From Chiloscyllium plagiosum (taxonomy: Eukaryota), in the NCBI RefSeq assembly GCF_004010195.1, contig NC_057719.1:50581008-50645007 (forward strand): DNA of 64,000 bases. Direction: 5' to 3'. The translations under genes and the position numbers were made by a program. Every line of letters starts with the position of its first letter. The first letter of the stretch is position 1. Below the pieces are notes generated by a model. It searched no databases, was not told where the DNA came from, and saw only the letters and a list, made by a program, of their open reading frames with translations. Shown one piece after another: positions 38,801 through 52,155 of this stretch.

Positions 38801-39117
38801 TTAAAAATCACACAACACCAGGTTATAATCCAACAGGTTCATTTGAAAGCACTGGATTTCCGAATGCTGCTCCTTCAACAGGTAGTTGTGAAGTATAAGA
38901 TCACAAGACACAGTTTATAGCAAAAATGTACAGTATAATGTAAACACTGTAAACGTTTGCTATAATTTCTGTCTCTTATGATCTTATTCTCCACAACCAC
39001 CTGATGAAGGGGCAGCGCTCCAAAAGCTAGTGCTTCAAATAAACCTGTTGGACGATGACCTGGTGTTGTGTGATTTTTAACTTTGTCCACCCCAGTCCAA
39101 CACCAGCATCTCCAAAT
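38801..39117. mobile_element. Fold-back Penelope-derived element (second family) with decayed hammerhead motifs
   Basis: TTAAAAATCACACAACACCAGG 38801-38822 is the exact reverse complement of 39059-39080, with symmetry continuing to a centre near 38940. CTGATGA-AGGGGCAGCGCTCC-AAAAGCTA at 39001. Confidence 0.75.
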
Positions 39118-39194
39118 GAAAGTCAGGTAAGTTACCTATTTGAGTAATTCAGTTAGTCAGTTATACAGTTGTGACTTAAAAATAGTTTGTATCT

Positions 39195-40260
39195 GTTTTC
39201 ACAGTAGAAGACACCAGTAGCATACCACAACTTGGAAAGTCAAGGAACAGAGGTAACCATCACAAAGGCACAGGTACCGGGGAAGCTGACAAATCTGCAG
39301 ATGGATAAATCACCTGGACTTGGTGAACTACACCCCCAGTGTACTGAAGAAGAATTCTAAGGAGAATGTGGAGATATTGATGGTGATCTTTCAAGAAACT
39401 CTGGAGTCAGGAAGGGTCCCAAAGGGCTAGAAAATGGCTAGGAACACCCCTGTTTAAGAAGGGAGGGAGGCAGAGGATGGAAATTATAGGTCAGTTAGCC
39501 TAACTTCGGTCATTGATAAGATTTTAGAGTCTGTTATTAAAGGTGGGGTACTTGGAAGTGCATAGTAAATAGAGCTGAGTCAGTGTGCTTTATCAAGGGG
39601 AGGTCATGCCTGACAAAGGAGACCCAATGGATGTGATCTGTTTGGATTTCTTTGACAAGGTGCCACACAGGAGTCTGCTAAATAACGCAAGACCCTGTGG
39701 TATTATAGACCAGGTACTGGCACAGGTAGAGGATTAGCTGACTGGCAGAAGGCAGAGAGTGGAATAAAGGGGTATTTTTCAGGATTGCAGCTGGTGACTA
39801 GTGGAGTTCCTCAGGGGATAGTGTTGGGACCTCAATTATTCACATTAGGTATTAATGATCTGAATGAAGGAACTTGAGGGCATTTTGCTGAGTTTGAAGA
39901 TTGCTCAAAGAAACTTGTAGAATTGAGAGATGCCTCAATATGGTAGAATGAAGGTGTTTCCATTAGTAGTGGAGACTAGGATCTGAGTTCACAGCCTCAG
40001 GATGTGGGGATAATCCTTTAGAACTGAGATAAGGAGGAATGTCTCCAGCCAGAGGGTGATAAAATCTGTGGATTGCATTAGCAAAGAAGGTTGTAGAGGG
40101 CAAGTCACTGAGTATATTTCAGACAGAGATAGTTAAGTTCTTGACTAGTAAGGGGATGAAAGGTTATGGAGAGAATGCAGGAGAATAGGTTTGAGAAACA
40201 TAGCTGTGATTGAATAGCAGAGCTGTCTTGATTGGCCTAAATGCCTCATTCTGCTCTTAA
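39195..40260 (+). mobile_element. Degenerate CR1 LINE ORF2 with internal deletions
   Basis: DKSPG, NYRSVSLTSV, DVICLDF, VTSGVPQG.VLGP remnants and a CR1 3' end. Confidence 0.8.
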
Positions 40261-41577
40261 TTACACCTTGTGGAAAAATGGGCCTTGATCGCTAGCACAT
40301 TGTTCATAGCAAGATTGTGACATTATTGAGAAACAAAGCACAAAAAAACTGAATAAACTGAAGCAAGCAACTTCCATTAATATAGCACTTGCAAATTTGA
40401 AAGAAATCCTAATGGATTTTACATCAGCACAAGGAGCAGTCAGAAGTTGAAACGATGAAAGATTTGTTTTTTATGCCACAAAGGTGGAACAGTAATTTAT
40501 GTACAAAATTTCAGAAAGTGAGACTCAAGTTACTGTTAATCATTAAATGAGATGAGGGGTTATTGCAAAAGAAGTTTCAGTCAGTAGGCATGATAATTGG
40601 GATGCACTTGTAATGGTTGAGATCGTGAAGTGATTTAAATTCATGCATGATAGTTTTAGGATTTGGGGCATAAGCCTGATCAATTTAATTTGCTTAATTT
40701 CAAAATATAAAATTAGTGGTGAAACTGTTAAAATCAAGGCTTTGAGGAATATTAATTACCCTTTGGCTTTACACTTGAGGATGTGTATATCATTTAACCC
40801 TTTTGAAAGTCTGAAGAAAAATGCTTGAAAGGACAACAGAAGATGAATTGAATTTCTCTTCATGAACCTGTATTGGCTTATTTTATCAAATATCAAGACT
40901 AAAACTAAATAATTATATTTTAAAACACTGGACTTATCAGCCATCTCAAACCATCAAACCATTGCTCCTGAGGGACTGCCAAAAAAAGAATATGCTTTCC
41001 ATTGTGTTTTATGTATCAATTTAATGTTCTTTTTTAAGGAAAGCGCAATTAATTTTTTTTTTAGAAGCTTCACATTTACTTTATTTAATGCATTGCCCTG
41101 GCAATTTACATAATCCTCTCTTGCCTTATGTTTAAAGTTAACTTGGGTTCAGTTTTATTACAAAGCAAGAAGTTCATAACTGTTAATTTGGTCACGTGTG
41201 CTTCCACCGAACTAGCCACTTTCGCAAAATTAGTCATCAGAGAATTGCTAAATAAGCAATTACATTTTGGTCTTATGTAATCTATATAATATTTTAAAAT
41301 ATGGTGTATAAGTTTATTTTAATGCATATTAACATTAGTGTTTTATTGACATGAATGCTCTTCAACTATTTTAGCGAAAATGACAGTTGTAAACCACATG
41401 AACATTCCTTTCTATTGGATTTTATGGTAATGTGATTACATGCCATTGTTTGTATATGGCATCCTGTGGAATCCTATTTTCCATTTGATATTTTTTTTTG
41501 TTGTGAAATGTTCCTTTTAAGCTTAACCTAACATTATAATCATTTTGCTCTGAATTTAATAAATGGAAAGCATGTTT

Positions 41578-42110
41578 TTTTTGGCAGTCCCAAGGGAGCA
41601 AGGATGACTTGCTTCAATTTTGGTTTGATGGATTTTGAGATGGCTGATAAGTCCATTGTGAAGCTGTAGACTCTGCCAAATGCAAGGCAGGTAATGCTTG
41701 AAAGATCAGGTCGATGAGTTGTTTGAAAATTTGTGTGCATTTTCGGATGCCTTTGCTTCACTCTGCTTGTTATGGATAAAGTCGTCTTTGTCTCCAGATT
41801 TGGAGAATCTTGCAAAGGCACTGAAGATACTCCTTATCCATTGTTTTGACATAGATTTTCCAAGTCTCTGAAGCACATAGGAGTATGGTGAATGCTGCTA
41901 ACTGTGAGCTGTAATCTCAGACCATGGGTTTGAGGGAGAGCTTTTCGTACTGCATTACCACAGAGAAGATCATTGCAAGAGTCTTCCTCAATTAGCCCCT
42001 GTTGGTGGCTGAAGAGCTCCATCAGGAGTTACGGTTGTCATTCTCCCTCATTTGGAGATATCACAGAAATGCTCTTTATTGCATGGCAAATCCAAAAGAA
42101 ATATAAGAAA
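41578..42110 (-). mobile_element. RTE-clade LINE 3' fragment
   Basis: Minus strand gives a decayed C-terminal zinc-finger-like ...HNGLISHLKIH and ends gaagcaagtcatcct...gggactgccaaaaaa; a similar mini-tail gagggactgccaaaaaaagaa lies on + near 40970. Confidence 0.55.
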
Positions 42111-45100
42111 CAGGATCAACAGATGTACACGGTCTTTTTGACTTGAAACCCTTTGACTCTCTCAACTGTGAAGTCAATTAGGTTATCCCATTCATATTTG
42201 ACTACCCTCAGAAATTGTCACTATCTATCATTGCCTGTGCAATGACAGGAAAGCAGTGACCTTCACTGACAGAACCACCACAGACCAATGTAGAGGTTTT
42301 GTGGGTGAGGGTTCAGTTTGGGGATGTAGGATCAAAAGAGATATCAGGTGGGGTGTGGTAGAGGTATTGCATCAGGATGGTCTGTTCAGGTTGGATATGT
42401 TAAGGGGTCAGTGTTAATTTAGGGGGTCAATTTTGTAGTTCGCCAGGAATTGCACCAGTTTTAATCTCTCCAACGTTTCCTGGGCAACTATTCAAGTATG
42501 TGTGTTGCAAACGTTCAAAATCTATGACTAAATTTTTTTCAGAGGGTTCCAGATGTATATTAATAGCTAATCAGTAGCTGAAATGTTTTGAACAACTTCT
42601 GGGTAACTGGTGTGTTGGAACTTCCTAGAGTTCTTGAAGGAGCATGCTGCAATGACTGTCTTCCATTTGAAAGGTCTGGACCAATGAAATTTTTCATTGC
42701 CTCCAATAGCTCATCCTTTAGCCAACTGTGGAAACGAATATTTTAAGAACAGGGTAACGGGAGTAGAGCTAATCCAGTTCCACGGGTGATTTTGTGTGCA
42801 GTTATTTATCAAAAAGGCAACTGATTTTGAATACAATATTTTTGGTTTGCAATTTGAAAATTCAGTCCAATTGACATGTTTTTAAAAAAAATGAAGCTTT
42901 TCTTTCGGAAATTCTCAGATGTGTCATGCTTTACCTTTGTTCTGTAACCACTCTCCTCCACCAGCCTCTGGATCACTTAAAAGATATCCACCCACTAAGA
43001 GCTGAAATATTTGTTGTTTGGAGTCTTGTCAGTCTTTCAGTACCAGGACAAAATTGCTTTGTGATATTTTCTGATTTCAACATCGGAACAACTGTGTCAG
43101 ATCTTGCTCTTTACTGTGTTTATTTTAAAAACGTCAGTGATGGATGGACATTGGACTTGTGTTGCAGTGTAAACAGCATGAATTCAATATGCTGAGCACC
43201 AGGTTGATCCAGAGTAGAACCCAGATTCTGCTGATTTATACATTGTGGCAACTACAATTGTGAGGAGTGACGCATGAACCACAAGAGTAAATAAAAAAAC
43301 ACTTTAATCAACATCAAGGCAACACTGGTTGAGAGAGTGTCCTCATGAATGAAAGTAAAACTAAAATTAATCCTTAACATCCATTGCAACTGTTTTAGCA
43401 TATCATTAGTCACTGATACGATGTTCACAATTTAAAGCAAAATTGAGGTTGAACAGCAACGAATTAGCAGAAGAAAAAATAACAATGTAAAAGATTAAAT
43501 TTCTGAAGGAGCGTTAAAAAAGGCAATTAAAACACGCAAGGTACACCAAAATTCAGCATCATAACCTTAATTTTACCCGAAAGCTTAGGTCCCAGTATCA
43601 AAGAAACCAGTGTTTGCTTCACCAGCGGTATATGCCATATCAGGCATCAGAAAAAAAATCCTTACTGGTTAATTCTTAAACTTTGTTACAAGGCCAGCCA
43701 TGAGACTGATTCATTTTTATTTAATGGGCAAATACACGATGAGCTAAACAGATTACAAAAGATTTGTTGAGCGTTTCAACTTCAGATGTATTGAAGACAC
43801 TACCTTGATGATCCAGCTAAAAGGAATGTGAACTCTCATTTTTAGGCTTGTTTACATCAAAGGCTGGGAGCCATCTTTGCTTGAGGCACTGCAAATATAA
43901 TTAACCTGTCACAGTTGCACCAGTTCCTGGTTTCCTCATATAAGCTTTAGTGCTTTATCAAACTGAAAGGCCTTAATGTATCCCTTTATCTCTCTGCATA
44001 TATAATTAAAGTCTAATCTCTTTACACTGCTCTAGTTATTCTAGTAGCTTATACTGACCCTCTGCTGTTTGCACCACAACATGTGACCACCTGTAAGACA
44101 GTTCATTCTATTAATCTTTCATGAGAAGCAGGATGTGAAGCAGAGCGATGACTTGGAAAGAATTAGAATTACTGAAGGCAAGGTCAAATCTGGGGCATTC
44201 ATTGGCCACGTTCTGGCCTACAGCCATTCCAGAGAGAGAGATTATTTGCATAACAGCTATTTCACCAGTTGAACCGGTAGGAAAAATCTGCTAAATCACC
44301 ATTCCCTGACAAATTAGGCAATAGACGACTGTTTGCTATTTTAAAAGGTTGTGAAATTGTTAGAGAAGGGAAATAATTTAGTTTGACTTTCCAAACAAGT
44401 AATTTATCTTTTAAGAAAACAACTACACTGCTACATTTTTTACTTTTTAAAGTTCTTTTGTAAGGAGAGTATTGTTCTTTATCACAAGGTCTGTTTGTGG
44501 GAAAGTGTGAAGCAGCTGTAAGGAGATATACCACATAAAGAAACTAAACAGAATAGCTACCCCAGGCAAGGGAGCGTCTTTCATGTGAATCATCTTCTCG
44601 GATTGACACTGTGGCCACTCCCAGGAAATCAAATATGACAAAAGCCTGTGCAAACTCATGCTCAGGTTGCACAGAGCTAAGTTAAGGTGATATTGAAAGG
44701 TTGGTGCATTAACCTTCAATTCTTTGTGGAAGGGTCACCTTGGGTTTCTTGAGCAGATAATGAGTTGAGGCCTCAAAAAAAGCCACATATTGATCTGATC
44801 CAAGCATTAAAAAAAATGCATGTGAAAATTTGACTTTTCTATCATTTTGAAAAGCAATTTTAAATAAATTCTAATGTGCAACTTCAGTTAATTATTAACC
44901 TCTTGCCAAAGAGCACAAATTTCACCCGAGACAATAACATTATTTATCCATTTGATTTATATTTAACTAGTGAGTATCCTGTTTTGCAGGAGATTTAAAA
45001 AAATATGTTCAGCATTTTGAAATTTATCGTCATTGCCATTTCATTTGATAGCAATTTAACACTCTGTGGAATAATTTGAGGGAGAAAAAGGTAATCATTA

Positions 45101-46369
45101 TCGATATGTTAGCTTTGATTCAATAATAGAAGTCTCGCCTTTTATGTCAGAAATTCCTGGTTCCAAGATAAGTTCTGGAGCTTCTTTATTTGCATTTCAG
45201 TGCTGTGCTGAGGGACACCTGTAATCCTGCTATGACCATTATTTAGATATTAAACTAAATGAATGGCCTGTAAATTCCACTTCGGGTCAGAAAGCCTATT
45301 TCAGCAGCTGATTAGACAGAACAGTACAAAGTTAGATTTAGATGACTTTTACTCCGGACATTCCTGGACAGAAACCTCCTGTTGCAAAAAAAAGCAGAGA
45401 CTTGTCTAGGAAATGACAGAGATAGGAAGATCAGTATCATAAAAATCACCTTTTACAACAGAAGGTATTGTATCTGTGGTTTTAATGGCCAGCAGCCACT
45501 TTGCCACTACTTTGAAAGGAAAACTATACAAAGAAAGTGTAGGAATAGAGTGGTAAGTGTGTTGAAATTGGATGAGGTTGCTAGCGTGTAAGGTTCTTAA
45601 TGGGATAGAATGTCAGGCTGGTCAGGTAAGTAAATGAATGGGTCTGGAGTAGATTGAGGGGTTGGGTCGGGGGATGGGTGGACGTTGTGCCCAATGTGAT
45701 TAGAGGTAAGGTGCGGAGACTAGCTGGTGCGGGTGAGCACTATCAGGTCAGCATTAAGAGCAGGATGGGGGTCTTTGGCATTTGGGTGAGAGAAAATCGG
45801 TGGATTCAGGGAGTATGCGCCAAGCATATCTGGGTGTATTTGTGGGTATCAGAGGTGGATTGGAGGTTTAGATTAATAGTTACTGAGGAGTTCAAGTGGA
45901 TTTTTAATCCTTTAACTTTTTCTCAGCAACTATTAAGCTTGTGAATTGGAAACTTCCAAAATCTTTGACTTTAAGGGACGTTTTGGAGGAAAATTGGCAA
46001 TCAGAGTTTGAAGTTTCCTGATCATGTGTTGCTCAAAGTCAGCTACGTTGTAATTTCTACACAGTCCCAAAATACACAGTCCCACAGTCCCTACGCTGCG
46101 GTAGCAACTGTCCAGCCATTGGAATTTCTCGGCCATTATCTCCTCTATCTCAGATGAATTATACTGTCAATATTTAAGAAAGAGCCTTCAGATTCCTGAC
46201 AATAGGTATCCCAGAATCAACTTTAAACTGATTACATGGCCATAACACTTGTCTGCAGGAGGTTTTTGCACAGCATAAAACAGTTCCCCATTTTCCCTAC
46301 AGGCACAAAAATAATTTAGGAGTCTTAGAAGTTGGAATATTAACTTTCATTTTGGCAAGGAGGGAATGT

Positions 46370-46960
46370 GGTGCAACTCTACTAAGCTGTATTCAGTTCT
46401 TTCAGTTCTGATTAGAGCACATCTGGATTGTTGTGTTCATTCCTGGACATTGCACTTTATGATGTATTGTCCTTGAAGGATAAGCAGCACAGATTCACCA
46501 GAATGGTATCTGCATTAAAAGGATTAAGTTATGAGGACAGGTTATGTGAACTGTATTTGGACTTCTTGGAATATAAAAAGTTATGTGGTTATATAGTTAC
46601 GGTGATTTAGATGATTAAAGGATTTAATTGGGTCGACACAGTTAAACTGCTTTCTCGTGTAGGCCCAGAACAAGGGGGAGCAACATTGAAATTAGAGTAA
46701 ACTATTCATGATGATATTAGAAAACACTATATGAAATAACGTGTACTGGAATTCTGGAACTCTGTCCCTCTAAAAGCTGTTGAGCCCAGAACAGTTAAAA
46801 ATTTTAAAACTGAGGTTGATAGATTTATGCTTGGCAGGTTATCAAGTATTTTGGAAGTAGGGCAGCTTTTGGAACTGGGGAGTTCTAATACATTCAACCA
46901 TCTTCTAACTGAGTGTCACAACAGACTCGAGGGGTTGAGTAGCTTATTTCTAGTTTTATG
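46370..46960 (+). mobile_element. Old CR1/L2 LINE 3' fragment
   Basis: QHRFTRMVSALKGLSYEDRL.EL remnant, followed by the WNSL motif and 3' UTR. Confidence 0.75.
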
Positions 46961-47194
46961 ATGGAATCTTACTAAAGGTTTGTTGGGAGATTTGCGGGTC
47001 AACTGGAAAGCCACTGAGAACCTTGTTGCTCTTTTTACATTGAATCATAAGGCAATCAAGCTATAGCGAAGCCAGTGGTGGAGTTTTCATTGGAACTGAG
47101 ATCCCCGATGTCCTGCCTCATGAAAAATGCCAACTAATCAGAGTGTTGCAATTCTTTTGTTCAGCAGCAGGGAATAGTAATTAATAGTAACCTT

Positions 47195-48035
47195 TAGAGT
47201 CATTGAGATGTACAGCACAGAAACAGACCATTTGGTCCAACCCATCCATGTCGACCAGATATCCCAACCCAATCTAGTCCCACCTGCCAGCACTCGGCCT
47301 TTATCCCTCTAAACCCTTCCTATTCATATACCCATATAGCTCAAATCCTCCAACCCTGGCAACATCCTTTCTGAACCCTTTCAAGTTTCACAACATCCTT
47401 CTGATAGGAAGGAGACCAGACTTACACGCAATATTCCAAAAGTGGCCTAATCAACATCCTGTACAGCTGCAATATGACCCCTCAACTCCTGTACTCAATA
47501 ATCTGACCAATAAAGGAAAGCATACCAAACGCTTTCTTCACTATCCTATCTACCTGCGACTCCACTTTAAAGGAGCTATGAACTTGCACTCCAAGGTGTC
47601 TTTGTTCAGCAACACTCCCCAGGACCTTACCATAAAGTGTATAAGTCCTGCTAAGCTTGTGTTTCCAAAATTCAGCACCTCACATTTATCTAAATTAAAC
47701 TCTGTCTGCTTTTCCTCCACCTATTAGCCCATCTGATCAAGATTCTATTGTAATCTGAGGTAACCCTCTTCACTGTGCACTACACTTTGAATTATGATGT
47801 CATCTGCAAACTTACTAACGATATCTCATATGCTCACATCCAAATCATTTATATAAATGACGAAAAGTAGTGAACCCAGCACCGATCCTTGTGGCACTCC
47901 ACTGATCACAGGCCTCCAGTCTGAAAAACAACCCTCCGCCACCACCCTCTGTCTTCTACCTTCTAGCCAGTTCTGTATCCAAATGGCTAGTTCTCCCTGT
48001 GTCTATGAGATCCAACCTTGCTAACCAGTCACCCA
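47195..48035 (-). mobile_element. CR1/HER1 LINE fragment with internal deletion
   Basis: Begins with the agagtcattgagatgtacagcacagaaacagacc tail; gtcatctgcaaactt (KFADD) and GVPQGSVLG. Confidence 0.85.
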
Positions 48036-48449
48036 TTTTGAAGTTTTTTTGTCTTTATTTTCTCCTGAAGCTGTGAATTGATGTCTGGTGATTGCGCACC
48101 TTCCAGTTTCTCACACTCGTACCTCACCTTCACATGAGAACTGGCACAAGGTTGGCAGTTCAGTCAATCATGAATTAAGTAGCAAAGTGCCTTAGTTATA
48201 TAAAACTAAGTCCACATGTACATATGTACATGTACACTTGGTAAAGGCTAGTAATAAGAATCCTGACTATTTTATTCTCTCCATAGACAGATTTGCAGAG
48301 GATAATTTTGGAATCTCTATTGCTACCTGTTAATTCAGCACAGGGTCAGAATTTAACTTCGGATATTCTGACATGTATTGTTCAGCTACACAGTAACAAC
48401 TATGGTGATGAGGTTATGGAAGATTGGTAATGACATTCAAGTCTATATA

Positions 48450-49405
48450 TAGAGTCATAGAGATGTACAACATGGATACAGACCCTTTGGTCCAACCTGT
48501 TCATGCCGACCAGATATCCCAACTCAATCTAGTCCCACCTACCAGCACCTGGCCCATATTCCTCCAAACCCTTCCTATTCATATATCCATCCAAATGCCT
48601 TTTAAATGTTGCAATTGTACCAGCCCCAATCACTACCTCTGGTAGCTCATTCCATACACGTACCACCCTCTGCGTGAAAAGGTTGCCCCTTGGGTCTCCT
48701 TTATATCTTTCCCCTCTCACCCTAAACCTATGCCCTCTAGTTCTGGACNNNNNNNNNNNNNNNNNNNNNNNNNNNNNNNNNNNNNNNNNNNNNNNNNNNN
48801 NNNNNNNNNNNNNNNNNNNNNNNNNNNNNNNNNNNNNNNNNNNNNNNNNNNNNNNNNNNNNNNNNNNNNNNNNNNNNNNNNNNNNNNNNNNNNNNNNNNN
48901 NNNNNNNNNNNNNNNNNNNNNNNNNNNNNNNNNNNNNNNNNNNNNNNNNNNNNNNNNNNNNNNNNNNNNNNNNNNNNNNNNTACTCCATCTGCCACTTCT
49001 CAGCCCATTGGCCCATCTGGTCAAGATCCTGTTGTAATCTGAGGTAACCCTCTTTGCTGTCTACTACACCCCCAATTTTGGTGTCATCTGCAAACTTACT
49101 AACTGTACCTCTTATGCTCGCATCCAATTCATTTACGTAAATGACAAAAAGTAGAGGACCGAGCACCGATCCTTGTGGCACTCCACTGGCCACAGGCCTC
49201 TGAAAAACAACCCTCCACTACCACTCTCTGTCTTCTACCTTTTCGCCAGTTCTGTATCCAGATGGCTAGTTCTCCCTTTATTCCGTGAGACCTAACCTTG
49301 CTAATCAGTCTCCCATGGGGAACCTTGTCGAACGCCTTTCTGATGTCCATATAGATCACATCTACCGCTCTGCTCTCATCAATCCTCTTTGTCACTTCTT
49401 CAAAA
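48450..49405 (-). mobile_element. CR1/HER1 LINE fragment spanning an assembly gap
   Basis: [21 protein letters not shown]...KFADDTKIGGVV; KAFDKVPHGRL; RTRGHRFRVRGE...RVVRVWNELP. Confidence 0.9.
48749..48981. other. Assembly gap (N run)
   Basis: 233 consecutive n characters. Confidence 0.99.
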
Positions 49406-49619
49406 AAAACTCAAAAAAAAAGGTGCTAGTCTCGCTGAAGGTGCATTTGGGTTCATAGCAGTGAAGGGTTTTCAATTTATTCCATTTATAAATAATAAAT
49501 GGAGTAGAAACGTTTACTTAGATCATTTGTCTTTATGGTTTTCTTAACTTCTCAACATTCTTTAATAAAGATACCACCACAACAGGATGAAGTTAGATAC
49601 ATTTAAAAAAAAAAGTTGT

Positions 49620-49900
49620 TCGTGAGTTCTGGATGTCACTGACATCCTTTCTTGCCATTCCTAATTGCTGTTGGGAAGGGTGGTGGCTGCATGCTTTTGT
49701 GCACTCTTGCAGTCCATGTGGTGCGGGTACATCCACATTGTTTGATGCGGACCTTTAGCATTTTTTGACCCTGTGATTGTGAAGGAATGGTAATATATTT
49801 CCAAGTTAGGATGGTACATGTCTTGCAGGTTATGGTGTTTCTATACGCTTTTACTGTCTTTGTTCTTCTAGGTGGTAGTGGTAACATGTTTGGAAGGTGC
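49620..49900 (-). mobile_element. L2/CR1-type LINE 3' tail fragment
   Basis: ttgccattcctaattgc...gcagtccatgtggtg...aggaatggtaatatatttccaagttaggatgg; a related short piece lies at about 27360-27480. Confidence 0.6.
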
Positions 49901-50117
49901 TAATCAAGAAGGATACTTTTACCTAAATGATATCAGAGCTGGAAAATGTTGCAGCTGTAACAGATTTTAATCAAGTACAGCAAAGGGAGGAAAAATGGGA
50001 GGGATGGTAAAATCAGCAGCAGAGGTCTGTTATACAAGTAGTCAGAAGAGATAAAATGTCTTTATAGTTTTCTGTCAACCATAAAGTAAAGATGGTAATA
50101 AAGACCCTGCAGAGCGT

Positions 50118-50410
50118 ACAGAGGCCATTTGGCCCATCAGTTCTGCTCCAAAGATCATCCCACCCTATCCTCATAACATCACAGTTAAGTCACTTAACTT
50201 GCTCACCCCTGGGCACTGTGAGCAATTTAGCATGGCCAATTCACCTAACTGTCCATCTTTAGACTGTGGGAGGAAACTGGAGTACCCAGAGGCAACTCCT
50301 GCAAACGTGGAGCAAGTGTGCAAACTCCACATAGACAATTGCACGAGGGTGAAAGTGAAACTAGGATCCTGGCATTGTGAGGCAGCAGTGCTAACTACTA
50401 TGCCACCCAT
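50118..50410 (-). mobile_element. HE1-type (V-SINE) tRNA-derived SINE
   Basis: gcaatttagcatggccaattcacctaa...gactgtgggaggaaac...gcaaactccaca...gtgaggcagcagtgctaac; homologous to 56583-56868. Confidence 0.85.
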
Positions 50411-50799
50411 TGCTGATTATAATGGAAGATGCTTACTGAATCTCAAGCAGTAAACATTAGCACTGATTTAAATGAATAGGATTGGTAGAGTATGAAGGAA
50501 TGATCTTGTATACAAAGCATTCTAATGTAGAAAAGTAATCTTGAAGTAACTGGCTATGGCAAGGCATTGCTTAGGTTTATCACATTCTGTTGTGGCTAAT
50601 TTGCAGCATAAACAAATTTCTGAACTGGCTAAGGTAGTCTATGTAGATCGAAGGGGCAGAAGGAAGATGTAATTAAAGCTGAAAAATGCTCTTTATAAAG
50701 TTAAGTATGCTTGTTAGAAGGGTTTGTAACTAGGTTAGAGAGATAAGACTGCGTTATACATTCTTAGCTTTTGATTGTTTTATTCGTAATTTTTATATA

Positions 50800-51235
50800 T
50801 TTGTCAGTAGAAGTGCCTCTGAATCACAAGGTTCTTGATTCAAGCCCTACTCCAGGGATTTAGCACAAACATCAAGGCTGGCATTTACAGCAATATTGAA
50901 GGAACATTGCAGTGTCAAAGGTGTGCTGTATTCTGGATGGGATGTTGAACTGAGGGCTGTCTGTCTACTTGGGTGGATGTAAAAGATCTTGTAATAATAC
51001 TTTGAAGAAGAACGGAAAAGTAAGCACCAGTGTTCTAGGTAATACTTATCCCTCAATCGACAGCAAGGAGTGCAGGTTACCTGATCGCATTGCTATTTGT
51101 GGGAGTTTACTGAGTGAAATTAATTGCTAATCTGTTTCATATGTTATTGTACTCCAAAACGTATTTCAATGATTGTAATGTACTTTGAGGTATCCAGTTA
51201 TGAAATAGCTGTATAAATGCCAGTCTGTCTGTCTT
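50800..51235 (+). mobile_element. SacSINE1/AmnSINE-like DeuSINE
   Basis: tRNA-like head (ttcaagccctactccag), ggtggatgtaaaagatc...tttgaagaaga, cattgctatttgtggga and a tataaatgc tail. A more decayed head fragment lies at about 45130-45270. Confidence 0.7.
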
Positions 51236-51967
51236 TATCACAAGATATATAATCACGTAGTATACCATGGCTTCTGCATTCCTTTTTTGTTTTGTTTTCT
51301 TAAGAGTAATTGCACTAACTTTCTGTCATGCGTCACCAGGTGTTGGAAAGCCCTTAGGCTATGATCTTTCACTCCTTTGAAGTTTTAGACTTCATAACAG
51401 AATTCTCAATATTCCATTGTTGCATGTTACATTCACTACCAACCTGCATTGTCTACACTTGAAAATAGTTTTGTTTATGGCGTAGTAACTCAATGTTATG
51501 GATAACGTAGTAACAAATAGTTTCTGCTTTTAACTGTGGACACTATAACAATTGTGTTAATTTAAGGGACATCCAGATGATGCAGATTACTTGAAATTGT
51601 TTTTGTCCAAAGTATGAAGAAATTTTGAAGATTGGTTTTAAGTCGCATACAGAGACTGAAGTCTGTGAAACTTGCATAGTTGCAGAGCTTCGCTCTCGAA
51701 TTCCTGCTCTTCTAAAGCTGAAGAGAGAGTACAGGTCAGCAACTTGATTGTGCTGTGATAAGTTCCCTTCTGGTTCATTGTTTTCATTGTTGTGAAAATA
51801 ATGTTTTAAAAACCACTATGCTTGTAATTCAACTTTTATAAGTTGACATGTATTTCATTTAATAACTGTTTCATGACTTATGAAAAAATACTTAGGAAAC
51901 TTTAAATAATCAGGTTTGTTCTTTTTAGGTAAATAAACCCTAATATGTTTAGTTTATGTTCTTCCCA

Positions 51968-52155
51968 CAGAATCATAGATTCCTACAGTGTGGAAGCAGG
52001 CCATTCGGCCCAACAAGTCCACACTGACCCCCCCAAAGAGAAATCCACCCAGACCCATTCCTCTACCCTATTACTCTACATTTACCCCTGACTAATGCAC
52101 CTAATCTACACATCCCCTTGAACACTATCTGCAATTTAGTATGGCCAATTCACCT
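51968..52155 (-). mobile_element. Truncated HE1 SINE (tail half)
   Basis: agaatcatagattcctacagtgtggaagcaggccattcggcccaacaagtccacac...atggccaattcacct. Confidence 0.8.

Noticed and set aside
40270..40900. Possible very old Penelope RT remnant (HDSFRIW resembling DDIF.IW)
   Set aside because: Too degenerate to support by eye; needs a profile HMM search.
48529..49193. Long ORFs containing X runs
   Set aside because: Artefacts of the N gap inside a CR1 fragment.
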